From: Camelus ferus
Lineage: Eukaryota
DNA: 64,000 bases
Direction: 5' to 3'
Assembly: GCF_009834535.1 (NCBI RefSeq)
Contig: NC_045697.1
Coordinates: forward strand, 48,238,001-48,302,000
A program made the position numbers and the translations under genes. The notes under the pieces were generated by a model that did not search any database, was not told the DNA's origin, and saw only the letters and a list, made by a program, of their open reading frames with translations. Within the stretch, counting starts at the first letter, position 1, and every line of letters starts with the position of its first letter. This document shows, in pieces, positions 1 to 12,400 of the stretch.

Positions 1-1061
1 CCATAAGTAAAACAAAACGACAACCTACGGAATGGGAGAAAGTTTTTGCAAAAGATGAAACTGACAAAGGTTTGATCTGCAGAATATATAAGCAGCTCAT
101 ACAAATTAATAAGAAACAAACAACCCAATCCAAAAATGGGCAGAAGACCTAAACAAGCAATTCTCCAAGGCACATGAAAAAGTGCTCAATATCACTAATT
201 ATCAGGGAAATGCAAATCAAACCTATGATGAGGTATCACCTCACACCAGCCAAAATGGCCATCATTCAGAAGTCCACAAATGACAAATGCTGGAGAGGCT
301 GTGGAGAAAAGGGAACCCTTCTACGCTGCTGGTGGGAATGCAGTTTGGTGCAGCCACTGTGGAAAACAGTATGGAGATTCTTCAAAAGACTAGGAATAGA
401 CTTACCATATGACCCAGGAATCCTGCTCCTGGGCATATATCCAGAAGGAACCCTACTTCAAAAAGACAGCTGCACCCCAATGTTCATAGCAGCAGTATTT
501 AAAATAGCCAAGACATGGAAACAGCCTAAATGTCCATCTACAGATGACTGGATAAAGAAGAAGTGGTATATTTATACAATGGAATACTATTCAGCCATAA
601 AAATGACAACATAATGCCATTTGCAGCAACATGGATGTCCCTGGAGAATGTCATTCTAAGTGAAGTAAGCCAGAAAGAGAAAGAAAAATACCATATGAGA
701 TTGCTCATACGTGGAGTTAAAAAAAATGAACATAAATACAAAACAGAAACAGACTCATAGTCATAGAATCCAAACTTGTGATTGTCAGGGGGGTGGGGGG
801 TGGGAAGGGACAGACTGGGATTTCAAAATTTGTAGATACTGATATATACAGGCATATATAAAATAGATAAACAAGATTATAGTGTATAGCACAGGGAAAT
901 ATATACAAGATCTTGTGGTAGCTCATAGCAAAAAAAAATGTGACAATGAATATACGTATGTTCACATATAACTGAAAAATTGTGCTCTACACTGGAAATT
1001 GACACAACATTGTAAACTGACTATAACTCAATAAAAATATGTTAAAAAACAAAAAAAAAAA
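1..1061 (+). mobile_element. Young LINE-1, ORF2 3' end, 3' UTR and poly(A) tail
   Basis: ORF 174-614 is the L1 ORF2 C-terminus ([24 protein letters not shown]). AATAAA near 1030 is followed by an A-tail. Confidence 0.97.
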
Positions 1062-1149
1062 GCAGAAACCACTGTCCTATCTGGAAGAAAAATATAGTAT
1101 CACTTAGGGTAACAAATGCAATTCCTAAGTTAACTAGGGCTCCAGAATA

Positions 1150-2357
1150 TTAAATCGTGAAAAGGATAGCAAGAGATTATGATTTCCTGCTGGGACAACT
1201 GACATCACACTTTTGCTCATGTGTTCTTGATTGCCCTTTATATAAAGACTAATCTTGTGGGCTGTTCTAGGAATGCCGTTCTATACAAATCATCTCCATA
1301 GATGACTGTGGGTCAGGCCTCCCTGAGGGTCATTCCAGCCTTTTTGTTCATTGTGGTCATTCTTTCCATCTTGTTCAGAGGGTTAAGTGTGGTCATTTGA
1401 TCTCTGCTCTTCCGAGGTTCTATCATCCCCATTGCTTCCAGGAGCCCAGGTCCATAACAGCTTCTCTTATTGTCAGTTTCAGCTCATAGAGGATAGCTTT
1501 TCATCAAGGTTGGTGCAGCATTTAAAGTGGTCAGTATCTGCAGCTTGAGGACAGCCTGTGATGAAATTCAGGCCCAATACCTGACTACAGAATAGCAGAA
1601 TTATAAATAAGGCTGAACTCATAGTCCCAGAACATCTTCTATGCTAAAGTCTGGCCCTATAAGAAAGGAGTGAGTAAAACCTATGATAGGGATGCACTTA
1701 AGAACTCTAAATGCCCACATTCCCCTAAACACTCTGGGGACAATAGAATTGCCCCATGGCCCCTTACTAGAGCATACGGGCCCCCACTACCTGGTAACAT
1801 GCAAGGTCTCACCTGAGGCATATGTCTTGCAAGATGATGTTGTCCTAAATTTTGACTCCATCTCTCCTCATGACCTCTAGGCCAATAGTGAGGATCAAGA
1901 GCCAGCATGGCCCAATTAAGGAAGTGCCATCTATGCTTTAGGAGCCAGAGCAAGAGAAGACTCTGCAGCAAATTCAGGCTATGGCTCTTCATCCTGTTTC
2001 CATGGGAACAAGATTGGCTGTAATATGGGGATGCGTAAAACTACCAGGGAGTCAACATTCCCAGTTGTGATCCTCAATCAATGAGGAACGGGAGTGGATG
2101 GGTGAATACCTGTTTCCTTGCCCATCAATAGACAATGCAAAGTGTATTTCACATTGTTCTTTAAGAGTCCCAGTGGGAACAAGCCCCAGTTGCCCACAGG
2201 AGTAACCCACTTCTTAAAGCACCGTTTTTGGGGTTTTTTTGGATTTACTGTCTTCCCTGTCTCATCTCTCCTCTCTACTGCTCCCCTCCAAAATAAACTA
2301 GCACATACAAATCCTTGTCTCAGGCTCTGCTTTCAGGAGCACCCAATCCAAGACAAA
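1150..2357. mobile_element. ERVL internal (gag-like) fragments in both orientations plus an LTR33/LTR16-type LTR end
   Basis: Minus strand 1380-1490 reads like the ERVL gag region. The LTR end reads aataaactagcacatacaaatccttgtctcaggctctgctttc...ccaagaca. Confidence 0.7.
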
Positions 2358-2359
2358 GC

Positions 2360-2780
2360 TTGAAGTGTCTGGAATTCAATGAGGAAGTGGAGATGAATTG
2401 AGGTGAAGTGAAGAAGCATGTAGAGGCCAGATCATGTGGAGTTTTATAGCACCTCAAAGGCTTGAATTTAATTCTAAGAGCAATAGGAAGTCAAGACATG
2501 TTTTAAATAGAAGGATAATGAATAAGTCTAAGTTTCTATGAAAAAATTATGCTGATTTCTTTGGAGAGGATTATTTTAATGGTATAATGGATGCAGGTAG
2601 GCCAGCTATAGGGAGATGAGGGTACTTTGTTGAGAAAGGTGGCAGTGGAGAGGAAAGAACAAGCTGATTCCAAATGTTTTAGAGTTAAATTCTACAGGAC
2701 TTGCTGATGGATTGATTGGTTATGAGGGCCAAGGGAAAATGATTGTGCCATTCACTGAAATGGAGAGGACGGGTTAGGGC
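2360..2780 (-). mobile_element. LINE-2 fragment
   Basis: Typical antisense L2 text (ggccagatcatgtggag, ttctaagagcaataggaag, acaggacttgctgatggattg). Confidence 0.8.
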
Positions 2781-2799
2781 ATGCTTCAAATTTCAGATT

Positions 2800-4185
2800 A
2801 AATATTTCTTCTCCCTTATTCTTTAATCTTTCTGCCTATGAGGTCCAGGATCCAGATACTTCTGGACAGATTGAGTTGGATGGGGTGTCAGAGCTCAGTG
2901 GATGATGACAGATTTCCCTTCACAAGTTGGGGAGGTACATGGGCTGGGGATACATGTGTTAGTATTTTTGTTTCTGTCATACTCACTTTTTAGGTATAAT
3001 GAAAAGACACTATTTCATTCCCCAAGCTCTTTGTATTATATAATTACAATTTTGTAAGGACAAGTTGCAACTGCAAATAGTTGCAAATTTTAACTTGACT
3101 CTTAGCCAAGTTACGCCACCCAGACTGCTGGAAGTGCATCTACTAAAAAGTGAAAAGTAATTACAAATTGAGCCATGTTCCCTTCATGAAGGAGGAGGAA
3201 TAGTCAGCTTCCTGGACAGCACAGGCTATGGGAAGGAGATAGCTTCCTAGGCAGCACAGATGGCTTGTGCATTATTATCCCCACAGGGCAGAGGGACACT
3301 GAAAAATGGTCTAGAAGCCATTGCTCTCTAGAGAAAACACAGAAGTGCTTTAAGCAGTCTGCCTCTCAGACAGCTCTTTAAGCCTCCCTCTCCACTGGAT
3401 CCATGGTGTCCTGATTTCACCCAAGAAAGGAATAACTCCCTTTTAAACACTAGGGAAGACAACAGTCCCGTTGGCATCAGCTGTAGACCAACGATCACTA
3501 AAGACTTGAATTCCAATCAGTAGAGACTTGATTAAATAGGGGTAGAAATTCTAGAGGTTTAGACTTAGAAGTTGTGGGTCATACAAGAAGCTCAGCTTCT
3601 AGAAATCTGTCTGCAGGCATTCACACATGTACCTTTCATTTTGGCAGATCACACCACATATGGAGAGGCTGGGGAGGGGTGGGCTTCCACAGGACAACCC
3701 CCAAGAAAGTAGGGCACTTCAGGTCCAGTCCTTTTCAAGGCTTCTTCTCTATGCGTGGTGCAGAATGGTTAATACTGAACTACCAGATGACTAGGAAGAG
3801 ACTCAAACACTTCCCACACCAAACCTTTGTTTCCACATAGTAGACTCTACATCCCTACTGAAAGCCAAAGACTGTTCTAAATAAAATCTGAATTGCACTG
3901 GCTCCTGCCCTCAATGGGATCGATGCCTCACATCACCCATAGCCCTATCAGTCATCATTCACACTCTTCATTCTCTGCGACTAGGATGAAAGTCAGAACT
4001 CACATATTCTGGAACTGGATCAATCACAGAATCAGATACTCACTGGTTAAAACCCCAATGCAGCAGAAACTCAGAATTGCCCCTTATCTTTACCATAAAA
4101 CAGATGACATTGTTAGATATATTCAAGTATGGCAGATGCTGTTTGTCGACCTCATTCTACATGACCCTGGTCACTTTCAAGCTGG
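2800..4185 (+). pseudogene. Endogenous filovirus-like L fragment (end of capping domain, connector, methyltransferase)
   Basis: Colinear motifs vs EBOV L: ELSG*~HLSGW; THFL; YYIITIL~YYLGNTIL; IEPCSLHEGG~IDPHFSIYIGG; LCIIIPTGQ~LWIVYPLEGQ; AL*RKHRS~AYWRSRHRN; GAEWLILNYQM~GALLLIQKYQV; ITESDTHWLKPQCSR~ITDITNPTWFKDQRAR; LILHDP~LILHHIDP. Confidence 0.88.
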
Positions 4186-4189
4186 TCTG

Positions 4190-4955
4190 CAACTGCCACT
4201 GGACAGCCTCCCACCTCAAGCATCTATCTGAGCTGCTCTGCCTGAGGGTTTTCTCTGGTGCTAAAGGTGCTTGTCTGGAAGTGCCAAGGACTAGAATGCC
4301 CTTTGGGGTATCTCTCAACCAATGACAGGTGGAAGTCACTGGAAAAATACTCTAGCCTCCTCATCCCATAGTAGGACAATCCTGAGGTATATTCTCAGCA
4401 GATACCCAGAGAGTCCCCAGGGAAATTGAACCACAGTTGCCTACAGCAGTATCCTGCTCAACCATATTGGTTTTCTTCCTGTGACAGACAAAGAGATGCA
4501 CTGCGTGATCCAGAGAGTGTGGCCAGCAGCCGCAGATGTCAGGTCCTGTGGTGTCTGCCTTAATCACAGAGTTGTCTCACGTGAGGCCATGCCCTTCTTG
4601 GGAAACTCACATCTGATGTGAGATGAGGGTACAAAGGTGTGGGCATTTTGGCCCCATGCAGGAATGATGCTATGGGCAATATTTGCTCCAGAGCTCCCTG
4701 CCCCAATGACAAAGTCTTGTCAGGCCTGCAACACAATGTAACTGCCCAATCCTGCTTCTTCATCCCTCCTTTCACAGACACCGATTCTTAAGAAGTATCT
4801 TGCACCCCAAACTCTGCCTAGAACCTGCATCTAGGAAAAATAATCTATGACATTTTCCCCATCTCTCTCCCCACTCCTCACTTTTGCTCCAGATACTACA
4901 GATAAACCTCCTGCACTCAAGTCTTTGGCTGTCTGGAGGGAACTCAAACTAGAAT
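4190..4955 (+). mobile_element. LTR16/LTR33-type ERVL LTR remnants
   Basis: LTR 3' ends (tcttgcaccccaaactctgcc...ctatgaca; aaacctcctgcactcaagtc...aactcaaactag). Confidence 0.7.
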
Positions 4956-4957
4956 CA

Positions 4958-5490
4958 GACAGAAAGAGGAGAACAGTCTTTCCTGGTTTCTGAACTTTCC
5001 TTGCACGTAGAGGCTCCTGCAGCTAAAACACTCTTGGATTTTCTCTCACTACTCCTGTCCTCCTCCACTCCTCCTTGAAAGGCTAGACTGGGTATGTGTA
5101 GTCCAGCTAGTTCCTCTTTCCTTCTGGAGTGAGGCTTCCCACAGGAAACATGTGTTCTCTCCCATTCCTGCCTGTCTGTTTTCTAGAGGCAACTCGTGAC
5201 TTAGAGTCCTGTAGTGGTCAGTGTTGCTGGAATGGTGAAGTGTCTAACTCTGGGCTTAGTTTTGAGAAGCCCACTGCCCTGCAGATATAAGCCATTTTAT
5301 CCAACATCTGGCTACTCAGTAGAAAAGACGGTATTTTGGCTACCATCTGCTGGCTTTTGTGCTGGGTCTATATTTAAGAATTCAAGCAGGAAAGAAAAAG
5401 ATAATCTATTAGTTTCCACCAGGCCCCTTCACTCATCTAGAGAGCAAACTGCAGCTCTGTTTTGAGTCACCTGGGTTGTATCCAGGCAAG
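4958..5490 (+). pseudogene. Endogenous filovirus-like L fragment (RdRp end and start of capping domain)
   Basis: KRRTVFPGF~KRLQILGY; KTLL~RTLL; TP/LLERL~TPVLDRL; SRKEKD..RP~SRTEDK..KP; *VTWV~RLTWV. Confidence 0.7.
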
Positions 5491-5496
5491 GAGAGT

Positions 5497-5947
5497 GTTG
5501 TGGCCATGGAGGTGCCCTATGCTGATGTTCCATCAAGAAACCAGCTGCAGAAAACCTAGCTGACTGGCAACCTCAGATGCTGCTTTCTGGACCCGCCCTT
5601 GTGTTCACTAAGATGCCAAGGGGACTGAGGTTCTCAAAACCAATGACGGAGCACATTAGGAGTTCTGAAGCCGGCCAGCCCTTCTGGATGTGCGTTTCAT
5701 CTCACAGGCAATTTTGGCTCCAGAACTGCCTGGTCGCCCCTTTCTCAGAACCACACTGCAGACTGAGGCTCTTCGTAACCAACCCTTGCTTCCCTCTCTC
5801 CTGTTACAGGCGTCAGTCCTGCAAGATGGTCTGAAATTTCTCCCCGCGTATTTCTGCTTCTTTCTCCTTTACACTTCACAGGTATTGCCCTGTATCTTGC
5901 ATGTCTAATCCATCCTGGTTTTGACTCTTGGAGGATCTGAACCAACT
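5497..5947 (+). mobile_element. ERVL LTR (LTR16-like)
   Basis: Starts TGTTG; ends tcttgcatgtctaatccatcctgg...ggaggatctgaaccaac. Confidence 0.7.
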
Positions 5948-5949
5948 CT

Positions 5950-6400
5950 GGGAGTAATTCTCAAAATGAAGGATCACTGGGGGTGGTGCTTGCTTCTTTC
6001 ATGTTAGAATCCCACTTTGGGTGACCCATTTGTAAAGCAGTACCAGAATCTGGGCATTCCCTGTCTTAACTTCAGAACTTTTCCATTCAATTGTTGCACA
6101 TGTGATGAAAAAAAAATTAAATACTGTTTCAAAGGCTTAAATCGCCCACTTGCTGAGGACCGCCAGAGACATCTGGATCAGGCCTTGAAAAAGGTAATTG
6201 CCATGTTGAGCCATTTTTATAGGGCTAGTTAATTGAGAGTCTAAACTTTCTTCTCCTAGAGATTCTTCTCCAAAAGGCATCCCCCAAAAGAGAAGCCCTA
6301 AAGATTTTCTTCTATAGGACCTCTTGCAACCATTTCTAACTGGAGTAGTACTGAAGTCGGTCCCTTTGGAAAGCAATGCTAAACTTTCAGCATATTATCC
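5950..6400 (+). pseudogene. Endogenous filovirus-like L fragment (C-terminal domain)
   Basis: YQNLGIPCL~YIRLGFPSL; RPLAEDRQRHL~GPLVSITQHL; RV*TF~RTQTY; LKIFF~LKFF; NWSS~TWQA. Confidence 0.65.
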
Positions 6401-6619
6401 TTGGCTCACTAGAAGGGAAGAGGGCACTGTGTGATTGAAAGTACAGGACTCATTTGGAAAGAAAGATGGGCTTCAGTGCAAGCTGTTTCATCCACATCTG
6501 AGTGATGATGAGGGGACCACTGCTAAAAGCCTTAATGTCCTCATCTGGAAAACGGAAAGACTTTTGCTTCTTGTGAAAGTTAGAGAAGAATGTGAATATA
6601 CTGTATAAACTGTAGAAAA

Positions 6620-6912
6620 GAGGTTGTACAGTTATGGTCAGTGGGACAGATCTGGTCTACAGATGTGCTGGGGTTTTCCCACACAATTTTTTTTTTTATC
6701 ATAAAATTGTATAGAAAATCTGGCTTTCTGGCTTCTTTTGAAAAATCCCACATGGCAACAATCCAATGGCAGGGAATAACAGCTGGCCCCTCGTACTGGG
6801 TGTGTTTTCTCCAGTTCACTCCTGTCTCCAGAGCTGCCCACAGGCTTACTGAGAAATCGCTCATTTATACCGCTTGCCTGGCCCCTGTAGGCATCTGAGT
6901 TTGGGACCTGAG
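6620..6912. mobile_element. MER102-like hAT-Charlie MITE
   Basis: Terminus aaactcagatgcctacaggggccaggc (minus strand) and internal gaagccagaaagccagattttc. Confidence 0.7.
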
Positions 6913-7123
6913 GTAGAGCATAACGAAAGTATTCACATCTGTGAGGGGACAGTCAGGTACTAACGAAGGAGGCCCAAGAGAGAAGACAGTCTGTCAGCAC
7001 TCAAGAGAGGCAGTTTTCTTTTGATGGGCTTTTCCTTGCCTTAACAATGAGATAGTAAACTCATGATTCACTTTTCAAACCTTAAATAGTGCCTTTTAAA
7101 TGGAGAAGGCCAAGCATAGGCAA

Positions 7124-7316
7124 TAGCTCATCTAATCCTCACAACACCCCCACAGAGATAGACAGTATGATTATCTCCACTTCCAGGCAAGTAAAATGCT
7201 GAGAAATTAAGTAATTTGCATAAGGTCACACAGTAGGAAAGACTGATGCAGGGTTTTGAGCTCTTGCAACCTGAATCAGGAGCTCCTGCTTTTGCCCACT
7301 GTTATGCAATACTGCC
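7124..7316 (-). mobile_element. MIR SINE inserted within the viral L remnant
   Basis: Minus strand has the MIR head and core (ctgtgtgaccttatgcaaattacttaa...gttgtgaggattagatgag). Confidence 0.88.
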
Positions 7317-7601
7317 TCTCAAGACACTTGAGTGTGTGCTTAAGGAAAAAGAAAGCTGCTTAGGTCGAGCTGAGGCAAAAATAATTCTGACTGGTCCAGA
7401 CCATCTTGGGTGTGGAGAATGCTGATTTGCCTTGATCCACAAGTAGAAGAGATGGTGGGCAGTCCCTTCTGGGAGTTGTGTGCAAATCATGAAGTCCTGC
7501 CACAACGTTCTTTACCAGCTGCTCTTATATGATCCTGCAAAGCATGCTCCTGGAAGCTTAAGTCCCCTAGGCCAGTTTCACAGTGGATGCCAGAAGGTAA
7601 C

Positions 7602-8360
7602 TTTTTTTAAATTGAGATAACATTGGTTTGTAACATTATATGTTTCACGTGTACAATAGTATATTTCAATTTCGATGTACACTACAGCATGCTCACCGCC
7701 AAAAGTTTCATATCCATCCTTCACCATACAGTTGATCCCCTTTACCCATTTCTCTCTCCCCTGGTCACCAGAGACTAGGTTCTTGTCTCATGCAGGGAAG
7801 AATTAGAGTGAGCCATAGTAAAGTGAAAGCAAGTTTATTTACAGAGATACGCATTCCATAGACAGAATGTGGTCTGTCTCAGAGGGAGAGCAGCCCCGAG
7901 GTGTGGGGTTGTTGGTGTTTATGGGCTGGGAAATTTCGTACTCTAACAAGTGGGAGGATTATTCCAACTGTTTTGGGGGAGGGGCAGGGATTTCCAGGAA
8001 TTGGCCCAGGGCCCACTTTTTGGCCTTTTATGGTGAGCCTGGGAACTGTCACGGCACCTGTGGGTGTGTCATGTATTATGCTAATGGATGAGAGTGTGCA
8101 TATCACGAGGCTCAAGGTCTACAGAGAAATTGAACCTTCCATCATCTTGGGCCTAGTTGGTTCTAACCAGTTTATGTCGTAGCCTCAAAGGCTATGTCAT
8201 TCTTTTACTGGTTGTGCCCTGGCCCTTTCCCTCCTGTCTCACCCCACCCAACTTCCCCTCTAGTAACCACTACTCTATTCTCTCTATCTATGTGTTTGTT
8301 TTTGTTTGGTTTGGTTTGTTCATCTGTTTTGGTTTGGTTTGGTTTGGTTTTTTTCATGAG
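7602..8360 (-). mobile_element. L1 3' UTR fragment split by a solo LTR
   Basis: Antisense L1 3' end (ttgagataacattggtttgtaacattatatgtttc) that resumes after 8245. Confidence 0.85.
7762..8241 (-). mobile_element. ERV1-type solo LTR
   Basis: TG...CA ends with 4-bp TSD cccc (7758-7761 / 8242-8245); poly(A) signal on the minus strand. Confidence 0.85.
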
Positions 8361-9436
8361 GTCTCTTTATATACACCCACATCCTGCTTGGAAAAACAGC
8401 AACTTTGGTCTGTTGTGGGGCTTCTGCCAATTTCTCCAATGGACAAGGAACCAGGGAGAGTGAAGTAGGAGAAGGCAGTGTTGCACAGTGGAGCACTGAG
8501 CATCAGCTGCCCTTAGCAGATTCTCCTTCTCCAAGTACCCGAGTAGGCAGAGGTCTGTACCTGTGGGCAAGAGATGCCTTTAGGACAGTGAGCTTCTGTG
8601 GCCTCTGCCTATGGGACAGTGGCAAAAGATCATTTCAGGCAAAGGTGCTCATCTCTGAAGACATGGTTCAAATGCTGCTTTTGCTGTTTCTCAATCTCCT
8701 TCAGGAAGAGTGTCCCTTCTGTCATATGAGAGTAGATTCAAGGGGGACTGGCAGGGTAGAATGCTGGCTCTTTCACTGAAATGGGAAACCTGAGTAGAGC
8801 AGTCCATGTAATAATTAATTAGCCTATTCTAATAATGAACTTGGTTGAGGCAGCATCCTGTGAGCATTAACCCTGTTCCCATATGACTGGTGTCCTGTAG
8901 CTTTAATCTTTTCACAGTATTCCCCTTAATTTCTCTGGCTTTATTAAAATTTTACACCATTCAGTCTCTGCTTATGAGGGTTGCAATTGAGATGGTCTCT
9001 CTCTCCCTTGCCCATGCCATGCACAAAAATTGAAAGAGAATAAATATTCTTCTTGCTCCAAGAAGGTGCTACCTTCCCCATCTAAAGTCTTGGCCACATG
9101 TCTCTTGGTCCCTGATCATGACCTGTGTAAAATTCAAATGCCTTGAGTTTGAATCTTCTCTGTTCCTTGTATACCATTTATGTTCTTGGATCAATGGAAT
9201 AATTTATGGAGAGGCAGGATCGTCAGGCACTTGAATGTCATCTTAGTGTGACGACTGCACATTAGTGTTCCAAAGGAGAACAACTATAAATAGAATATCT
9301 AGGGAGTCTTATTTCAGAGTTCCTGGAGTATAGATTTACTAGATTTGTTTAGATTTTGAATGCTTTTAGTCAAACAGAACACTACTTCTAAAAAGGAACA
9401 AGAATTATTGCAGTATCTCTCAGATTCCTTAGGCCT

Positions 9437-12400
9437 GTGCCTTAGTTTGGGGTTCCCCAAAAGCAGACTATGAGGCTAGAATGCAAGGCGTTTATTTGAG
9501 AGGTCGAGGGAACACTAGTAGGAGAGTGGGGAAGGGAAACAGGGAAGCAAAGTAGAGCCAATAAATTGTATGTTATCAAGCCAGCTACCACTGTGAGCAA
9601 CTGGAGAGTAACTCCAAGGATAAGTTCTGTGCCCTGGTGGCCATCATAGTTTACAGTTCCCTGGGACCCTTTCTGTATTACCAGGCAAGAGTGCTCCTAC
9701 TTTGGAGACCAGAACTTCTAACACAGAAGAGCCCAGATTTGTGGGGATGAGAAGCATGAGGTTCCCTAGTGAGATATTGAGCATAATGATGAGTAAAGAC
9801 ATTCCTGCTTCCAACTCTTGGCTCCTTGTCCATATGTGCTCCCTGTTGGCATTCCTGTGCCATCTAGAAATCTCTTGATAATGCACGTAATGTATTCTGG
9901 AGAAAGGTACATCTTCTGAGCTGGAACCTCAGTTCTGCTATCACCAGGCCTTTCCAGAGCTCTCTGAGCTGATTCCGGATGATGCAGGATCTATGACTAG
10001 GGAACCCCATGGTCATGGCTCACTCTCATCATACCTCCTTCACTGTAGTAGGAGACCTTGGTCAGACACTGTGTTGTGTGGATCGGGGACTCTCTAATAA
10101 TCTGGACAGTGATGCTGAATGAGGTGCTGAAAGCAAGAAATGCAAACCCATATCAGGAGTGTCTATTCCTGTGAGAATGATTCAATAGCTTTTCTGGGAT
10201 GGAAGAGTTGAAAGGTAATTAATTTCCCTCCTAATGGCTAGTTGGTCTCCTTGAAAAGAGCTCAATATCAGGGGCTCAGCATTGGTCTATGTGGCTGGCA
10301 GGCTGAACATTCAGAAGCAGCAGTAGCTAGATTGACCTCAGTGATTGAAAGTCCACATGGCTGGGTCCACTCATAACCTCCATCTCTGCGACTGTGGACC
10401 CTCTGTATGTCTGCATGTCCATCATGCCATTTCTGGGGTGGCAGATGACAAAGGCTGACAAATACCAACTGGCAGTCATTCTGGCTCAATCTGGGCACAA
10501 GGCAAGAGAATATAGCTATTTATTGGGGTAAACATTCTCAGCCTTCTCATTCGTTTGTTTGTTCTTCTCATTATAGGTTTTAATCGGTGCCTTCATTGAC
10601 TTCTCATGTATATTGTTTCTATGAATGTTGTGTTCTGTTACACATCTCAGAACTCTCTGGAGATCATTTCCACTTGGCTGCCATTCCAATCTTTCCTGGC
10701 TTTGTAATTATTATTATAATCATCTCACCCTCGCCTTTGCTGGTTGAGGGCTGCCACCTGGCCTCTTTTGCTTCAGGAGCCCCACCATTCCATTATTAGA
10801 AATGAGCCAAGACCTTTAAAGGCACATCCTACTGCTGGTAACTGGCCTTCAGAAGGGAGCTGAACTATTGAACTTTTTACTACTATTAGTGCCCCTCTTG
10901 TCAGTGCATTCCTAATGGCCTTGGTGAACGGGTGTCTTTTGTGCTGTCCCATGGAACATAATTCTGTGGTAGGTCTTTTATCATCACAAAATATATTTAA
11001 CCCAGTATGCATATGTCCTTGGGCTTTTTAGTTCCATCCTCTACTGTCTTATTGCAATTAATGTGTTTCAGTTTGGCTCAGCATGGACACTTGCAATTTC
11101 CAAGCTCCTAGAAGCCAACATAGCAGTAAGCTCGCTACATCCCTTGAAGCCCTTAACAGGATGTTAAATCCACTACCAGAGGTCAACAAACTCTCCCTTA
11201 TCTAGTCTGATGTCCTGGTTCCCTATGTCAAGCACACTCAAATTTAAACCCAAATCCAAATCCCTGGGTGTTCTCCAGACCCCTGCCAGTTTATGTTGGC
11301 CAGTTCTTGCAGATTCCTTTCTCTCCTTGTCAGGCACATTATCTACCTAGCTGTGCTATGCTTAACCCCAGGTATCAGCTGGATGCCAGAGAAAATGGGG
11401 CCGATCGTATGGTGGAGCCTCTGTTGCCTTGCAAAGTGTCAGGTGGGGGCTGAGGTAGGAGGTAACTCTCTTTATAGGAAAGGACAGGATGGACCAGCCA
11501 CATCTGCAGTCTTTAAGGTCTCAGAGGAGCATGAGGGGTAACATAGTTCCATCCCATACCTTGGTCCCAGGTTGTCCAATCAGACCCCAGCCTTGTCATA
11601 AGAGACCTGCCTCAGTTGAGCATCAGTCAACTTTGCTTCTCAGCAACTTTAACCATTAAATCCAGAGTTTGGCCTTCCACTTCTTTTGCTGTTTCACTTC
11701 AGGCAATACGGGCTTTTTGGAAGCTTCTAAAGAAGTTCTGTGGCCTTTACACTTGATTTTAATGGTTTGTTAATTGCCTCAGCTTTTCGCTCTCTCTCTG
11801 GTGGATCAATATGATTTAGTACCAGCCTGCCAACTCTGTTGTCTTTGTTTTTCATTTTCTTCCGTACCTACCCATGCCTGCTTTTCAAATGACTGAATGA
11901 TTACTCTGGCCAAGCTGTTATCTTCTACTAGAACATTCCACTAAGTCAACAAGGAGAGAATTTTAACAATTGGGCTGCCACCTTGTGCCATAGAACAGGG
12001 GTCAGCAAACTCCCTGTAAAGGGTTAGACAGTAAGTCCTTTTGGCTTTGAGGACAAAACAGTCTCTGTGGCAACTACTCAGCTCCCTTGTTGTAGTGCAA
12101 AAGAAGCAAACACAGAAAATATTGTGCCTATTATTATTAGTATTGAGTTATTGTAGCAACTACTCAACTCTCTTGCTGTAGTGCAAAAGTAGACAATAAG
12201 TAAATGAATGCACATGGCTGAGATCCAATAAAACTTAAAAAAAAAAAAAAGGTAGTTGTATCATTCCAACTATACGACTCAGATACAGGCAAAACTATGG
12301 AGACTAAAAAGCTCAGTTCTTGCCAGGGATTTGGGGATGAATAGATGAAGCACAGGGAATTCTTAGAGCAGTGGAACTATTCTGTATGATACTATAATGG

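Larger units (their letters stand above)
6930..9425 (-). pseudogene. Endogenous filovirus-like L (RdRp catalytic core to capping domain), interrupted by MIR and L1/LTR
   Basis: Minus strand, colinear: YCNN~YCNR; QEL*~QKLW; DDIQ/CLTIL~GDNQCITVL (near 9215-9243); VAKTL~VAASL; SGFPFQ*K~SGLFQLK; TLFLKEI~TSFLRQI; FRDEHLCLK*~FEDEMVCKW; PTGTDLCLLGYLE~PSGKRLQILGYLE; TVKLA*~TVDLAQ; LWIK~FWLK; IAYAWP~IVSAWP. Confidence 0.92.

Noticed and set aside
174..614. 146-aa ORF and similar L1 ORFs elsewhere as host genes
   Set aside because: They are fragments of L1 ORF2.
3206..3259. Short direct repeat agcttcct(gga/agg)cagcacag as a regulatory or CRISPR-like array
   Set aside because: Only two copies; a small local duplication within the L remnant.
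3754..4087. Heptapeptides RGAEWLI and KLRIAPY resembling bornavirus L as I recall it
   Set aside because: They are in the wrong order with no flanking similarity. The region aligns colinearly with the filovirus L methyltransferase instead.
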